A stretch of DNA of 64,000 nucleotides from Anthoceros angustus. Lineage: Eukaryota > Plantae > Anthocerotophyta. The translations under genes and the position numbers were made by a program. The stretch is from positions 1,364,001-1,428,000 of the forward strand of contig VJWM01000019.1 of assembly GCA_010909165.1 (NCBI GenBank), written 5' to 3'. The notes below the pieces were generated by a model. It saw only the letters and a program-made list of their open reading frames with translations. It searched no databases and had not been told where the DNA came from. Positions 26,740-39,316 of the stretch are shown piece by piece; position 1 is the stretch's first letter, and every line of letters starts with the position of its first letter.

Positions 26740-27520
26740 TAATTGTCACTTTGCTTGGGGGATAAGAGCCAGCGATAGCAAAATGACTACACAACTTTTT
26801 CCGAAATGTAACCAAATCATCAATTGTAGCTCTACTTGGGTGATAAAGCTTAGCCATAGCAAAACGTTACTCTAGTCTGGTTATAAGGGTCAAATTGTCA
26901 CTGTATTAGGGTGATAAAGGTCAGCCGTAGAGACACATTACTCTACTTGGGTGGTAAAGGTCAACCATAGCAAAATGGATACACAACTTCTTCTGAACTG
27001 TTATGAGATCATCAAATTCATCCAACTGGCCCCGCCTCGTGCTACATTTCTTGAAGCTCCACCTCATGGACTGGATGAAATACATGCTGATCTCGTGCAC
27101 TCTCATTTGGGGCCCAGTGGAAGGAGCGGATCATCAAACTACGAGCAAGCCCCAAGCTAAGAATTAACCCTTATTTGAAGACTAGATTTATCACTTGTTA
27201 GTTTCTTTGTGTGTGCCCACTTTAAGGAGCACCTAGTGTCTTAGTAGCTCGAGGGCTTTTTGTCCTATCTTTTTCTATTTTCTCTATATACATGGAATTT
27301 AAGAGTTATTGGCTAAAACATCATCAATTTATCACTCTACTTGGGTGATAAAGGTCAGCCACAGCAAAATGTTACTCTACTTGGGTGATAAAGATGAGCC
27401 ATAGCGACATGGCTACACAACTTATCAAATCATCAAATTGTCACTCTACTTGGGTGATAAGGTCAGCCATAACAAAATGGTACTCTACTTGTGGGATAAA
27501 GATCAGCCATAGCAAAATGA
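26740..27520. repeat. Degenerate satellite-like array (CTCTACTTGGGTGATAAAGGTCAGCCATAGCAAAATG core, ~8 copies) interrupted by a ~290-bp insert (~27026-27318)
   Basis: Core recurs at ~26746, 26828, 26898, 26940, 27332, 27373, 27441 and 27482. Confidence 0.85.
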
Positions 27521-27579
27521 CTTTGCAGACAAATGGCATGGAACCCGAGATGAGAATACTCACCACGATACTACTATAA

Positions 27580-27637
27580 CTACAAGCAACAACAAGCAAC
27601 AACAAGCAACAACAAGCAACATAAGAAACACAAGCAA
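27580..27637. repeat. (ACAAGCAACA)n microsatellite; related TTGCTTG run at 46113-46146
   Basis: Read directly. Confidence 0.85.
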
Positions 27638-28414
27638 GTTTCGAATGGTTAAGACCCTTTTGCGATACCCAACAGACCAAATCTACTTATTTTTCTATAT
27701 TTTTAATATAAAGTTTTAAAATATTTTATAGTAATTATATAATATTTATCTAGATAGTTATCTACGAACCATTTAGAACTTTGAACGAATGAACAAAAAG
27801 TATGAACCCGTTTGGTCGTTGGTCTTGCATGGTGAAAAGAAAGACGTGGTGCTTTTATTCACTCATGGAAAACACAAAAGACGTAGAGCTTTTTTTCCGT
27901 GAATATTGCTCTTTATTCCAGAAGAAAGACGTAGTGTTTGTCTGTCGGGATCCGGACTGGAAGAGCGTTCTGTCTTGGGTCCCACCTTTCTCCTTTCTTT
28001 CCGCGGCCTGCCATCTTTGACGCGTGTAAGCCGTCCAGCTATCCACGCCTTGTCCACGCCACGACCGTTTGCTTACGTCTCCCAGTAGGCCGAGACTCCA
28101 GTCAAACTGGCGCTGGAATTTCGGAAAGCAGATAGTAATATCTAATAATATACATAGTGTGAGTGTTCAAATTGGTGGTAAGCACGCCGAATATCGCAGT
28201 GGAGATCCGGCACTATTCCAGTTCCAGAGTGCCTAGTCGGTGCCATGCAGGCACTGTCGGCATCATTTGTTGCAGTTTGCAGTTCACTCGACTGGCGAAA
28301 CGTAACTGTGCTTTATGCTAACCGCAGGCCTAACTGGGCTGGTTAGAATCTAGGGGGTGGAAGCGTGGCAATTTGGAACCTGAAGGAATTACGAATTTGT
28401 GCGGGCGCGAAGCC

Positions 28415-31400
28415 ATGGTGCTGTCGTGCTTTGTGTTGGATCTGGCGTCGCTGCTGCCTTCACTGCTGGGAGATCTGAAGCAGGTATGGATTTGCCTTTG
28501 AATTTGAGGCCTGGCGGGGGTTGAAGTTGCCGCTGGCCAGGGATCTGGAATTCCACTGTTTGGCCGTTGTTCAGTGCTTGCTCCATCTCGGGAACTTGTA
28601 CGCTCTCCGGAGGGAACGCGTCCCGGCATTGCAGCGAAATGGAATTGCCGTCTGCTGTGTTGACAGAGTTGCTTCTTCAGGCCATTATGAGGTCACGCTT
28701 GTGGTGGATGCATATGGCAATCCTGAATTCAATTTCAAGACTGTGAAACACAAGTTTGATAGTGTGCGGGGGGGAATTTGAGGTGTTCTGTTCGCCCGCA
28801 GTTGCGTATCATTTATGCTGCCAAGGGGCCTTTTGTTCTCAGAGATTTCCACCATGCAGTGTCCAGCCTGTCCTGTGGCACAGCTGAGCGGCTGGTGGCT
28901 TCATCACTGCCTTCCATGAATCAAGGCAAGGGAGTCGCAACCAGCCTTAACCGCTTACGCTTTTAATGATCTTGGCAATTCGTGGCTGTTCTGGAGCATG
29001 CGCGTTTTGTGGATCAGAGTGTCCAGCTGCCATGAGTAGCGCAAGGCTTGGCTTGCTGATAGTTCTTGTGGTTGAGGCAACCAGTGTCAATCCTCTCTCA
29101 GCTGCTGAAAACCGAGGATTGTGTGAAGGCTTGGAGCCATCCGGACTCTTCCAAAAAAATTGTCATGATCAGCTCCTTTTTCACGGAAAGGTCATCATCC
29201 TTTCAACAGACACTGCAGGTACAAGCATGTGGAAAGTTTGGAGTCCAGGACACGAGGACTCCAATGGATCTTTCTCCGTGGAAACATAATGACTCTTTTG
29301 GCCTCTGTAGGAAGCAGCGGATCGGTGTGTCCCAATCGAATTTGTTCACATTCAAGCACCCGTCACCGAACAGCATCCAAAGGATATTCCCCAGTACAAA
29401 CTGGCTGATTTTGTACTGGCTGTTTCGGACTTTGATAACTGTACCTGGCAGTCTGTTGGATGTGGTCAGTTTCGCACACTGCCTTCTGGGGTTGCACATT
29501 TACAGACCTGTCCAAGCTGATCAATTTGTCGCTTCCCTACAGATCCTACGACTCTAGCAGGCCTTGTAAAACGCTGGTTCAACGACATCACTGTTGATAG
29601 TGGAGGACCCCTAGAAGTTGTTATGACATTCCCAAAGATGACTGGGAGCACACTCGGACCAATCTTCTGCACTGCTTATCCAGCAATCATCCCCCTTCAC
29701 GATACCATTGATCCATGTCAGGTGAGAGCAAAACCTTGAACATTGAAGCTCTAAACGCCACACTAGTACTCAGGTTTTCCTCTGATGGATCATCATTTAG
29801 CCAGCCTTCGCAATCTGGACTTTGTTTTGCTACCAGACTTGCAGGTGCCATGAGGCAGTTATTGGGACAACGGCAAGTGCAAGCTGCACCGAGAAACCCG
29901 TGTGTCCCGTTACCGGCAAAAAGCTGGGAGTTCACGATGTCGCGGACAACTGCCTTACCATTGGCTCTCGTACAGTTTTGCACATGCCGTCTTTCAAGAC
30001 TCCTCCGTCGCTGTCAACAGCGCTCCCAAGCAGTTTGAGCTTCAACGTCATCCAGTATGTGAGACTGGACACCTTGAGTGCAGGTGCAACTTCTGCCCAC
30101 AATCCAATCCAACGTCTGTGTCAGAAGAGACGGTCCGGTCACGTATTTTACTTTAGGGCCTCGATATGCTGATCATGACTTACCTCACTCATAATCTTCA
30201 TGAAGGACTCCTTTTTGGGCTACCTCACGTCTTAGTATCGTCTTCCGAATTTGATGTGGATTTTGATTCTGAAGAGGACGTTCTGGAGGTTAATGAGCAG
30301 AGTAAGTGCTGTTGAGGTACAGCTGCTTCTACGGTAGTGCTGTGCTTTCTGGTGCTGTAACGGGTGACTGGTCATTCCATATTCCAATGGGAAGGAGATC
30401 TTTGGGCATCGCAGCTCTTCTTGCTCTCTCCCAAGAACTCCACTCTGCAGACCTCGGCCTCATTTGTACGTCGGATATTGACGTAAGCTCAAGAACAGTT
30501 ACAGCATTTCCTTGCTTTTACGCACTGCTACCTTCAGAAAGCGGATCTTTACTTGCACAGGTACGCTGCCATGTCTTGAGTTGAGTTTGATTCTCGTGTA
30601 GGTGCACCGTGCTGTGAGATATGTACCGTGTTTTACTGGAACCCGTCTTTATCCATCTGTATTGTTTCTGTAGCGAATAGCGGCGTCAGAAGAGTTACTT
30701 CCAGGACCTCAACCAGGATTCCGTGACTCAACTGTCCCCCACCATGTAACGGACTCTGTCTCGTCCTACTTCGCTAAGGTGAACCACCACGGTGCTAACC
30801 GTTTGTCAGGTTGTCAACTGCGTCACCTCCACATGTTAAACTGTTTGACCTAAACCAATGACCAATGTAGGTATTAATAATGCTCCAGGTGACTAGCGTG
30901 AATATGCAATTCCGAAAAGCCGTTTCTCCATTTCTTCTGACCTCCCGGTCCCTCGCCTGCTTCCTTGGCTCACTCGTCAGACACCGTATTTGCAGGTGAA
31001 AAAGCACACCTATGAGCCCTTGAGCCAAGAGCGAGGTTGCCACTCGACATTAGCAGGGCTGTTGAAAGAGAGCTTGCAAGTCCGGTACGCAATTTCAGTT
31101 ACTGAGTAATCAACCTGGTTTTGGAACAAGCTCTGAAATTTGAGAAAATCGTGACTAAAGTTTCGATCGAGTTCTAACGACAGCGGAGTGTGATTTAGGC
31201 CAATGGAGTTTGTCATGGAGACATGTTGTTCTTCAAATGATCAACTTAGGCCACCAAGTAAGAGCAGCAGTTTCTTCCCTTACTCAAGGCCTGTTACAGA
31301 GAGAATCAGTCCCGCTGGGACACCCAGCCCAATCACCCCGAGGCTGGTCCCCAATCCTTTCAAACCTCCCACCCAAATTCACAAACCTGGACTGTCACAA

Positions 31401-31739
31401 GGGAAGGACGACTCACAATCAGACTCGGAAGATCACCTTCCCGACGACTTCCAATTCGTTTCCAGGACCGCCTATGCTCTAGGAAAATTAACGTGCGAGG
31501 CGCCTCAGGCAAAAGCAGGTGGGGTGGCCAATCCTGCTAGTCTGCAGGGCTGGGGACCATCTTCCAGGAAACGACCTCCTCTGTCAACCAAGAGAGGATT
31601 AATATCTACAACTGGGTCCGAAACGGGTCCATCCTCAGCAGAGCCTCAAGACTGGGACGATGAATCGACTGATCATTTGTTGCAAACACCTGCGAAGCCA
31701 AGACTGCGGAAGACCAAAAGAAGCAAAGTTGATAGCTGA
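28415..31739 (+). CDS. Conserved plant protein, putative homologue of M1AP (meiosis 1 associated protein); multi-exon
   Basis: Spliced exons: MVLSCFVLDLASLLPSLLGDLKQ|CLLHLGNLYA..|LRIIY..FVLRDFHHAV.., GLVKRWFND, CPVTG, FNVIQ, GLLFGLPHVL, FYALLPSESGSLLAQ|RIAASEELLP, TYEPLSQERGCH; disordered final exon ends at 31739. Confidence 0.8.
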
Positions 31740-32085
31740 GCAATTTCTGTTGGATAACCGGTGCTGGCGCTCCATCGGTTTGTAGGCATTATATGTTAGA
31801 CTGAGATCAGGATGCCCCGAATTTGAGCGCTCTATGCTAATGTGCCAGGCTGCCAGCTGATTATATTACGTGAAGGTGGAGGGATCGGAGAATGATGGTA
31901 TATCGTTTTATGCTAGCTTACAGGTTTGCTTCTCTGCACTATGGTACAATTACAAGCTGAGCAGAGCTCGTTCATGAATGTGAGACCAGAAACATTGACG
32001 AGCCTAGCACGAGTTCACATTATTTGAGGCGACCTTGGAAGCGAGCAGCAAGCAGCAAGCAGGTGCTACTGCCTGGCCCATGAAG

Positions 32086-32838
32086 TCACACCCGCACCTC
32101 CACTTCCAGTGCGCTCTCCGCAATGGTGTCGAGTCCGTACTGAGAATTCCGGCGGAGCCCGGCCATATGCTTTGTATTGGGTGAAAAGAGAATGATGCGA
32201 TCCCTGGACTGATCCCAGCCGCTGGGAAGCTTTGCAGCAGGCTTGGAGGGTGCGGATTCCGGGGACTTCTGGCTCTTCCCAATCGGCCTGTACATTTCCA
32301 GCCTCCGCTGCACCACCTCGTCCAGGTAAGGCCCGATGTGGTAGCCCGTCATGCTCATTTCACTGGCGGGGGCGTGCAGGCCGGTGATGAGCAATTTCAT
32401 GGCCTCTCGCAGGAACGAGAGGCCCATCTTGGCCTTGCTCCGGCAATGCACCCCCGCCCAGCAGGACACCGACGAGATCCATCTGCCCGCATGCTCCAGG
32501 GATCGCTGCAGCCTGACCGTGCGGGATCCCCCCAGCCTCACAGTCTTCATCCTGGGCCTGCCCCTCTTGCTCTTCCTCAAGGGCTGCGTCTCTTCTGCAG
32601 GTGGGCTCTTAGGGAGAGGCCCGTACTCGCTGGAGCTGCTTCCCTCCATTGTGCTCGACGGCCTGCGCGCAATTGGCCACCTGAGCTTGGCCCTGATGCG
32701 CCTCACTCCCCGCCAGGACCGGCTGGGCCTCAACCCAAAAGGCCTCACCTTCACCTTGGTGTGCAGCTGCAGGTGGAGGTGGAACTCGGACTCATGGCCT
32801 TCCTGCTGAAGCTGGTCATATCCATAGGCACTCGTCAT
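32086..32838 (-). CDS. Uncharacterised basic plant protein (GYxxL and K/R-rich VRLGG motifs)
   Basis: 250-aa ORF with GC-rich codons; GYDQL, RPRMKTVRLGG and RRLEMYR motifs resemble a small plant family; 3' end uncertain. Confidence 0.55.
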   Translation of the reverse strand: MTSAYGYDQLQQEGHESEFHLHLQLHTKVKVRPFGLRPSRSWRGVRRIRAKLRWPIARRPSSTMEGSSSSEYGPLPKSPPAEETQPLRKSKRGRPRMKTVRLGGSRTVRLQRSLEHAGRWISSVSCWAGVHCRSKAKMGLSFLREAMKLLITGLHAPASEMSMTGYHIGPYLDEVVQRRLEMYRPIGKSQKSPESAPSKPAAKLPSGWDQSRDRIILFSPNTKHMAGLRRNSQYGLDTIAESALEVEVRV

Positions 32839-35130
32839 TGAGGTGTTTGAGATCTTGCACTCACCACTACTGTAACTGCACAGTGTTCTGTATCCTTCTG
32901 TTGCAGATCATGGGCCGGAACAGCCCTATGTCATGCTCCAGGAGTGGACAGTGTTGCAGGCCCCGCTTGCAGGCAGACAAGCTGAAGCCCGTTCCAGGAC
33001 TGTGGGAGAGGGGGAGGCAGGATGTGTAAATATTGCGTACCAGGCCTGGAAATATCTTCCTCTCCTGATTACGGCGTCCGGCTGCACACTACATGCAGCG
33101 CAGCCTCACGGGCGGCACAGCCTTTGGCGAATTCCCTCGAGCCAAGGGGAGGCCTCACTCTCCTGGAGTTCAGAGCGTGTCCACTTGCTCTCGATCCCAG
33201 CAAACGCAACCACCGAGAATATTCAGAGGCTCAGCCTACAGGTAGGTGCCTGAACCGAGGTATGAGCCGTTCCCCTGCCTATCAATGAGCCACTGGTGCA
33301 TCGGGCAACCCACAATCCCCACATCCCGCACACATCTCCAGCATCTCCCGACTGATGACTCCTCCCGCCTTGCAGAACCAGATGAGAGTCGTCAAATTTG
33401 GCATCCCAATGCCCCACGGATCCCCTGGTTCCCAGCATCCAGCCCTCACGTGAAGACGCATATGATAGGCATGGGTTCCAGCTGATGCATGAGCTAGGTC
33501 ACAACCTGGCCACAAGTTCAACGGCGTGGCGTACAGTAAGCCAGCTGTTGCTGCTTGCTTGCCATGCTCCAGGTCCTCCAGGAGTCCAGGTTGGGCCGGA
33601 ACAAGGCCCATGGAAGCCGGCGCAAGGGCCTCTTGGCCAAATGTTGCCCGCCACTGACACCCGCAACCCATATTTTGCCTGCGGAGGCCAGAAGCCGCGG
33701 AATGGGGAAGAAAGTGCCTGTATGTTACACAGTGCATGCACTGTGTTACACTATCCACGGCTGCCACAGCCTGCCAGTGCTGAGAGCAAGACCCTCTTCC
33801 TTTCAGGATCTCTGTCCTTGAACACATGCGGGTGACATGCGTGCTGATCGCAGCAGCAGCCTGCAGGACTGGGGGTGGACAGTGGACAGTGGACAGGCAG
33901 GAGCTGGGCCAACTGGTACAGTTGGATGCAACAGGAGAAGGCAGGCACACCAGGGTACGCAACTGGAGAGTCCTGACTCATGCAGCGTCGATGAACAGGT
34001 GTCTGCAGACTGGCGTTGCATCGTGGGCACTGAGCTCCGGGCGGCTGGCAATGATGGACTGTGGGAGCGGGACAAACGGACAGGCCCCGGCCAGCAGCCT
34101 AGGACAGCGCAAAAGCGAGTGTGGCCAGGCCAGGGCCCAGCTGAACGGCGTTCTGCGCACCTTTTGGAGCCTTGTCCTGACCCTGGAACCAGACCGAGTT
34201 GGGTGGGTGGCCGAGTTCCTGCATCTACCTTTGATCATGCTGCCTGCTTTCGCTTTTGCCAGCTCTGGCAAACTTGAACTTGCCAAGTGTGCGGATTTGG
34301 CAGTTCCTCGGAGCTCGATTTCTGCACTGGTCGGTACCGCTACGGGGTCCGTGGGCTTGGCTGGCTGGAGCAAAACGTTCGAGATGCCATCGGGCTCGCC
34401 CTCCAACAACGAGTCATGAGAGATGCCTTCAAGGTTCTCCTAGAGGTGCAATGAGCCCCGATGTGGGATTTGGAAGCCGTGTGAGATCACGGCGCCGGGT
34501 GTCGTTTCCGCCCAACAGTGCCATCGTGCCATCAAGACAAGGCACCAGATTCCTACCTGGGATTCCTCAAAGACACGCATGGAAGTCGTGGCTACGAAAT
34601 TCGGAAGAGCTCGAAACAGGAAAACTAATAACCCATATCGCTTGGGTAAAGCAAGGGGCTCGCTAAGAGCTATAAGATGAGGAGGCCTGCTTGTTGAGAA
34701 CTATCTTTGCGCTTGGGGCAATGACGCAGTTAGTGAGGTAAAACCGAGACGCGTCAATTGCTGGTTGAAAACTTTTTCCAAACCCCCTCTTGGGCCTTTC
34801 GGGGCCCCTGAGAATTTTTGGAAGGTCAGCCCTCCGGGGTAGACCTCACAAATAAGTACAAATCGGATTCCTTGTTCGTCCAGCGTGCCTGCTGCATTCT
34901 GACTGAGTCTGCTTGTTGTCGTATGTGTGGTGAAAACAGAATGACGAACGAGTGTGTCCGATGCTGGAGGCTGAATGCCGTAAACACATCACCCGTAGCT
35001 CAGTGTCGTTTGGGGGATTTGGGTCGTCGAAACCGAACATAGCCTAAACCATGAACTTTGTTAGAGCTCATCTGCTGTTATATCACTGGAATTGCGAGTA
35101 CAAAAGTGGGAAATGTGGGGTTTTCCAGAA

Positions 35131-38100
35131 TTAAGAAACTAAGATCTTGGTCCGAAGCTCCTGCGCTTCAGTCTCCAGATCTTCCCACTCCTTCTCGGCT
35201 TCGGCGATTTTGAGCCGGAGCGACTGCTTCTTTGTGTGGATCTCCAGTGCTTTCTGCGCATCACTTCCAGCATCCATCATCTGCTGCTCGAGAACTCCAC
35301 AAGCTGCTTCTGCTTTGTCGAGGAGAGCAACTACAGTTTTGATTTGGGTTTGCAGCTGCCACAACGACGTCGATTAGATTTGTGGGTACTGGTGCTTGGC
35401 AACAAAGCGCAAGAGTAGAGTTCACAACAATACCTGCTGCAATCTCCTCCGGTCTTTTCCTGACGAACTGTTGCTTTTGTCCTGCTTTGGAGCTCCGGGA
35501 GTGGGAGTCCGCGTTGTCGGCTTAGGTGTGACGGCAGTGGAGGCTGTTTGTCTGCTGGCCGGCCGAAGATCACCATTGATGCACAGATCCACCGTGACAG
35601 AACCGTCGGGTTGAACACGAGCTATGTGGGTCGGGTCAAGAGCTTGGATAAACTCTTCATCGTGCGAAATGGCAGCCAAAGCCCCTGTTAACAGCCAGTC
35701 TCATGTCAAGAGACGACATAGAAGAAGAAGGACAATGCTGCCCTGCCCACTTCTACCAGTGCCTACCTTCAAATTTGCTCAAGCTTTGGGCAAGAGTCAT
35801 GACTGATGGACGGTCAAGATGGTTGCTGGCTTCATCCAGGAGCAAGCAATTGTACGGTCTCAGCATAAACACACCAAGAGCTACCCGCGCTTTTTCACCT
35901 CCTGTTCGAACACAAACATAACACTTGGCTTACGGGATCGCCAACATCTCAGCTGAAAGGAAACTATGCTACCAGAGCACGCTCGCCTACCAGAAAGAGC
36001 ACCAATCGGGCGCAATGCTGCATCTCCAGTCAATCCCAGTGCTCCAAGAACACCTCGAGCTTGGCCATCTGTGATCAATGGGTTCTTTTCTCTTGCAGCC
36101 TGGAGATACACATAGCAGGGCACGCTCAGTATGCTCAGAACTGCTCCCCATACAAAACAAATGCTGGTGTAATTCAAAACAGTTCAGATAAAGTTGCTTG
36201 ACAAGATGGTCGATGGAAGAAACCTCCAACACGAAATTCATTCCCGACACATGTGCTGGCAGGTCTTGAGCCAAGTCTTGTGTAAACACACCTATCTCCA
36301 CACCCATCCCGACAACCCTTGACCCTCCTTGAAGGTCTGCTCTCCCTGACATTGCCCGCATCAAGGTTGACTTGCCACAGCCATTGGGTCCCAGTATCAC
36401 CTGTAAACTCTAATCAGAAGGAATGAAGGGCTCATGGGAATCTCATGCTTTGGAGCAAAATGTGATTGGACTTACCAGACGCATCTTGGTCTCCAATCTC
36501 AGGTTGACACCATGCAACAGAGGTGGACATCCATCCCACCCTATGTTGGCCGCCCTCAACAATAGCACTTCCCTTGCAGAGGGAGGAGGCTTCGGAAGTG
36601 TTATTTTCACCGACCGCTTGTCACCAGCAGATTCTCCAAGTTCTGAGGCATTACTTGTGTGTGAACAGCAAATGGGCATGACATCAACATGTTAGTTGAC
36701 AGGCAAACAACCAGTTCGATTAAGAACAAATCAGGCTTCATCTGATCTATTTGACTGGTAAGTTAAGCCACCAACCGTCTTCAGGCGCAGAATCAGGCAA
36801 CTGGTCCTTGAGTCGCTCTATCATCTTCTTTCTTGAGTTTGCTGCTGAGGCTTTCGTAGCCTTTGCCCCAAACCGTGTAACAAATCCTTGCAGACGGGCA
36901 ATTTCTGCTTGCTTTGCTTTGTACGCCTGAGCCTCCTGCTCCTGTCTTGCTGCCCGAGCTTGCAAAAACTTAGAAAAGTTTCCAGTAAAATGATGCAATC
37001 GAGCTCCTCGAATCTGCAATCCAAGGAGAATGTGGTTTCAGCCTGATCTTGCTTTCCTGACTTGTGGACAGAGGGCAGGGCAACATGTACTAACCAACTT
37101 ATTTATACAAAGGTGGCAAGCGAATAGTACCTCAACTATTTGATTGCAAACTTTCTCCAGAAACTCCTGATCATGACTCACAATTGCAACAGCTGAATTT
37201 GTTCCCTTCAAATAGGTAGCCAACCATTGCTGCAAGCATGCACTGGCACCTTCAATCAATATGCATATGGAGAGAAGAGCAACTCTCAAAGGAACTCGAA
37301 CGGCATTACACAGGAAGAGAAGCGGAACAACCTTAGCTCCACCGTCCAGATGATTTGTTGGCTCGTCCAGCAACAGAAGAGACATCCCAAGGTGTCCCAC
37401 TTGACTGAGGAGAAGTCTTGCAAGGGCAATGCGCATTTGCCAACCCCCTGAAAACTCCGCACATGACCTTGTCCAATCTGAAGTCTGGAAACCGAGCCCA
37501 TTCAATACACTGCAACGTTGACAATTACAACATACGCTCAGAACATCCTGCCAGGAAACGTATTCCATGGGAAGACCAGGACTTTGAACAAAGATTATAA
37601 CCCACCTGGCAATAATCTCATCAGCCCTATAGCCATCGGCAGCCTCAAACATTTCCTGTGCTTTTGCTAGCCGAGCAATGGCACCTTCAGTTCCCTTTTC
37701 CACAGCATCTTCTGCAGCTTGGACTTCTGCGAATATGGCATTCATAGCAGTCATCCTAGACCTTGCCTCCTCCCATACAGTCCTTGTGGAACCAGAAACT
37801 GCACTGTGCAAGAAATAATCGATACATGTCTCACTTCTCAGGTCCTCCCCCAGAAGTTTCTGAGAACCAGATCAGCAAAAATCCAAACCTAAAGGCCCTG
37901 TAGCAATCGTGTCGGTACACACATCCTCAGGAGACATAGGGAAAAACGTACGTTTGCTCCAGGTAGGCAACCTCTGTGCCGGCACCAAATGAGACAGACC
38001 CTGATTGAACATCTGCAAGCCCTACAATGGAGCGCAGCAGCGTGGTCTTCCCACACCCATTCACCCCCACCAGGCCTGTCCGGTCCCCTGGCATAAGCCT

Positions 38101-38626
38101 CCATGTGGCCCCGTTCAGCAGATCTCTTCCGCCAGCGCTCAGAGTGATGTTATTCACAAGCAGGACCTGGCAAAAACGCAAAACAGCACAATCAGAAACC
38201 GAAATGTCACTCCGTCGATACACAGGGCTGGAAACATGCTTCCCATCCATCACTCACAGCTCCAGCTGTAGAACCTGACGACGATGGGGCGTGGCCTGTT
38301 GAAATTGGTGCGGCAGGCGCAGAAGAAAAATTCACATCGTGTCCATTCTCTACTCTTGTCAATGTGCCCTCCGAATCTGCATGACAGGAATCCCGTTCCT
38401 GCTGCAACCCATCCGCCGCCACCAAGGACCCAACATCCCGCACAGCAACCCCGAGCCTCCCAACCCGCTTCGAGATTCCTCTGGTCTCAGAAACACACAC
38501 CACCCAGCTCTCCGGCTTCTGCCTGCAATTCCCCGCCACAGCCCACTTAGTGCCGGCTCCCCTGGCGCCGGCGGAAGCCCCGCCAAGCACCACCCTGGAC
38601 GACAGTCCTCCAAGAGAGATGGTCAT
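35131..38626 (-). CDS. ABC-F family ATPase (two NBDs, no TMD, C-terminal coiled coil); likely organelle-targeted; multi-exon
   Basis: GVNGCGKT, FSGGWQMRIALA, LLLDEPTNHLD, VSHD; second NBD GPNGCGKS, LSG, LLLDEASNHLD, ISHD; Ser/Arg/Gly-rich N-terminus. Confidence 0.92.
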
Positions 38627-39037
38627 GGCTTCCCAGCAGTAGCGTAAGCAGAAGAGGCCGAACGAGATCTAGGCCGTCAGACATCACGAGTTTCGCTCAT
38701 GGTGGGTTCCCGGTGAAGCAACCAATGCACTTTGCTACCCTCAAGATGAGACAAGAGGCAAGACAGGAGAACCACAGGAAATGTGGAGCGTGTAGTACGC
38801 GTGCTCCCGGGACATAACCGTGGGACCCTTTGCTCTCGTGTACATATTGTATCTTCCTGACAAGACAAAAAGGCTGCGGTTTCGGTTGCCTGCAACGGCT
38901 GGCGCCGCTGGATGAAGCTGATAAGCTCCATTCCCGCGAGGGGCCGCATGCGGTTTTTGTGTGGGAACATTCTGAGAGTTCCTGCCACATCTTGGCTTGC
39001 ATCTGCCTCTTCTGCTGCCAGGTCTTTTACGTCTGCC

Positions 39038-39316
39038 ATGGGGGTCACCAAGGAGGGCGTGGAGGAGAAGCTCACCAACGAGTTGAAGCCGGTGCATCTG
39101 GAGGTGATCGATACCTCCGGAGGATGCGGTGCCAGTTTCGACATAGAGATTGCATCTGCTCAGTTCGAGGGCAAGAGGCTGCTGGAGCGCCACCGCCTGG
39201 TGAACACAGCCCTGGCGGATGAGCTCAAGACCATCCATGCTCTGTCCATTAGAAAGGCTCTCACGCCTCAGCAGTGGCAGGATCAGCAAGGCGGCACCAA
39301 GACCGCTGCTCAGTGA
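39038..39316 (+). CDS. BOLA2: BolA-like protein (cytosolic BolA2 type), 92 aa, single coding exon
   Basis: MGVTKEGVE..L..IDTSGGCGASF.I.I.S.QFEGKRLLERHRLVN.AL..IHALSI. Confidence 0.93.
   Translation: MGVTKEGVEEKLTNELKPVHLEVIDTSGGCGASFDIEIASAQFEGKRLLERHRLVNTALADELKTIHALSIRKALTPQQWQDQQGGTKTAAQ

Noticed and set aside
26740-27520. Repeat-spacer appearance suggesting a CRISPR array
   Set aside because: Repeats are degenerate, the intervening sequences resemble each other, there are no cas genes and the context is eukaryotic
29400-29672. Minus-strand RQIDQLGQVCKCATPEG resembles the RNA polymerase RPB2 motif RQLH...GxxCPxETPEG (possible viral polymerase)
   Set aside because: It is antisense to the well-supported spliced M1AP-like gene, and no other convincing RPB2 motif or long frame follows
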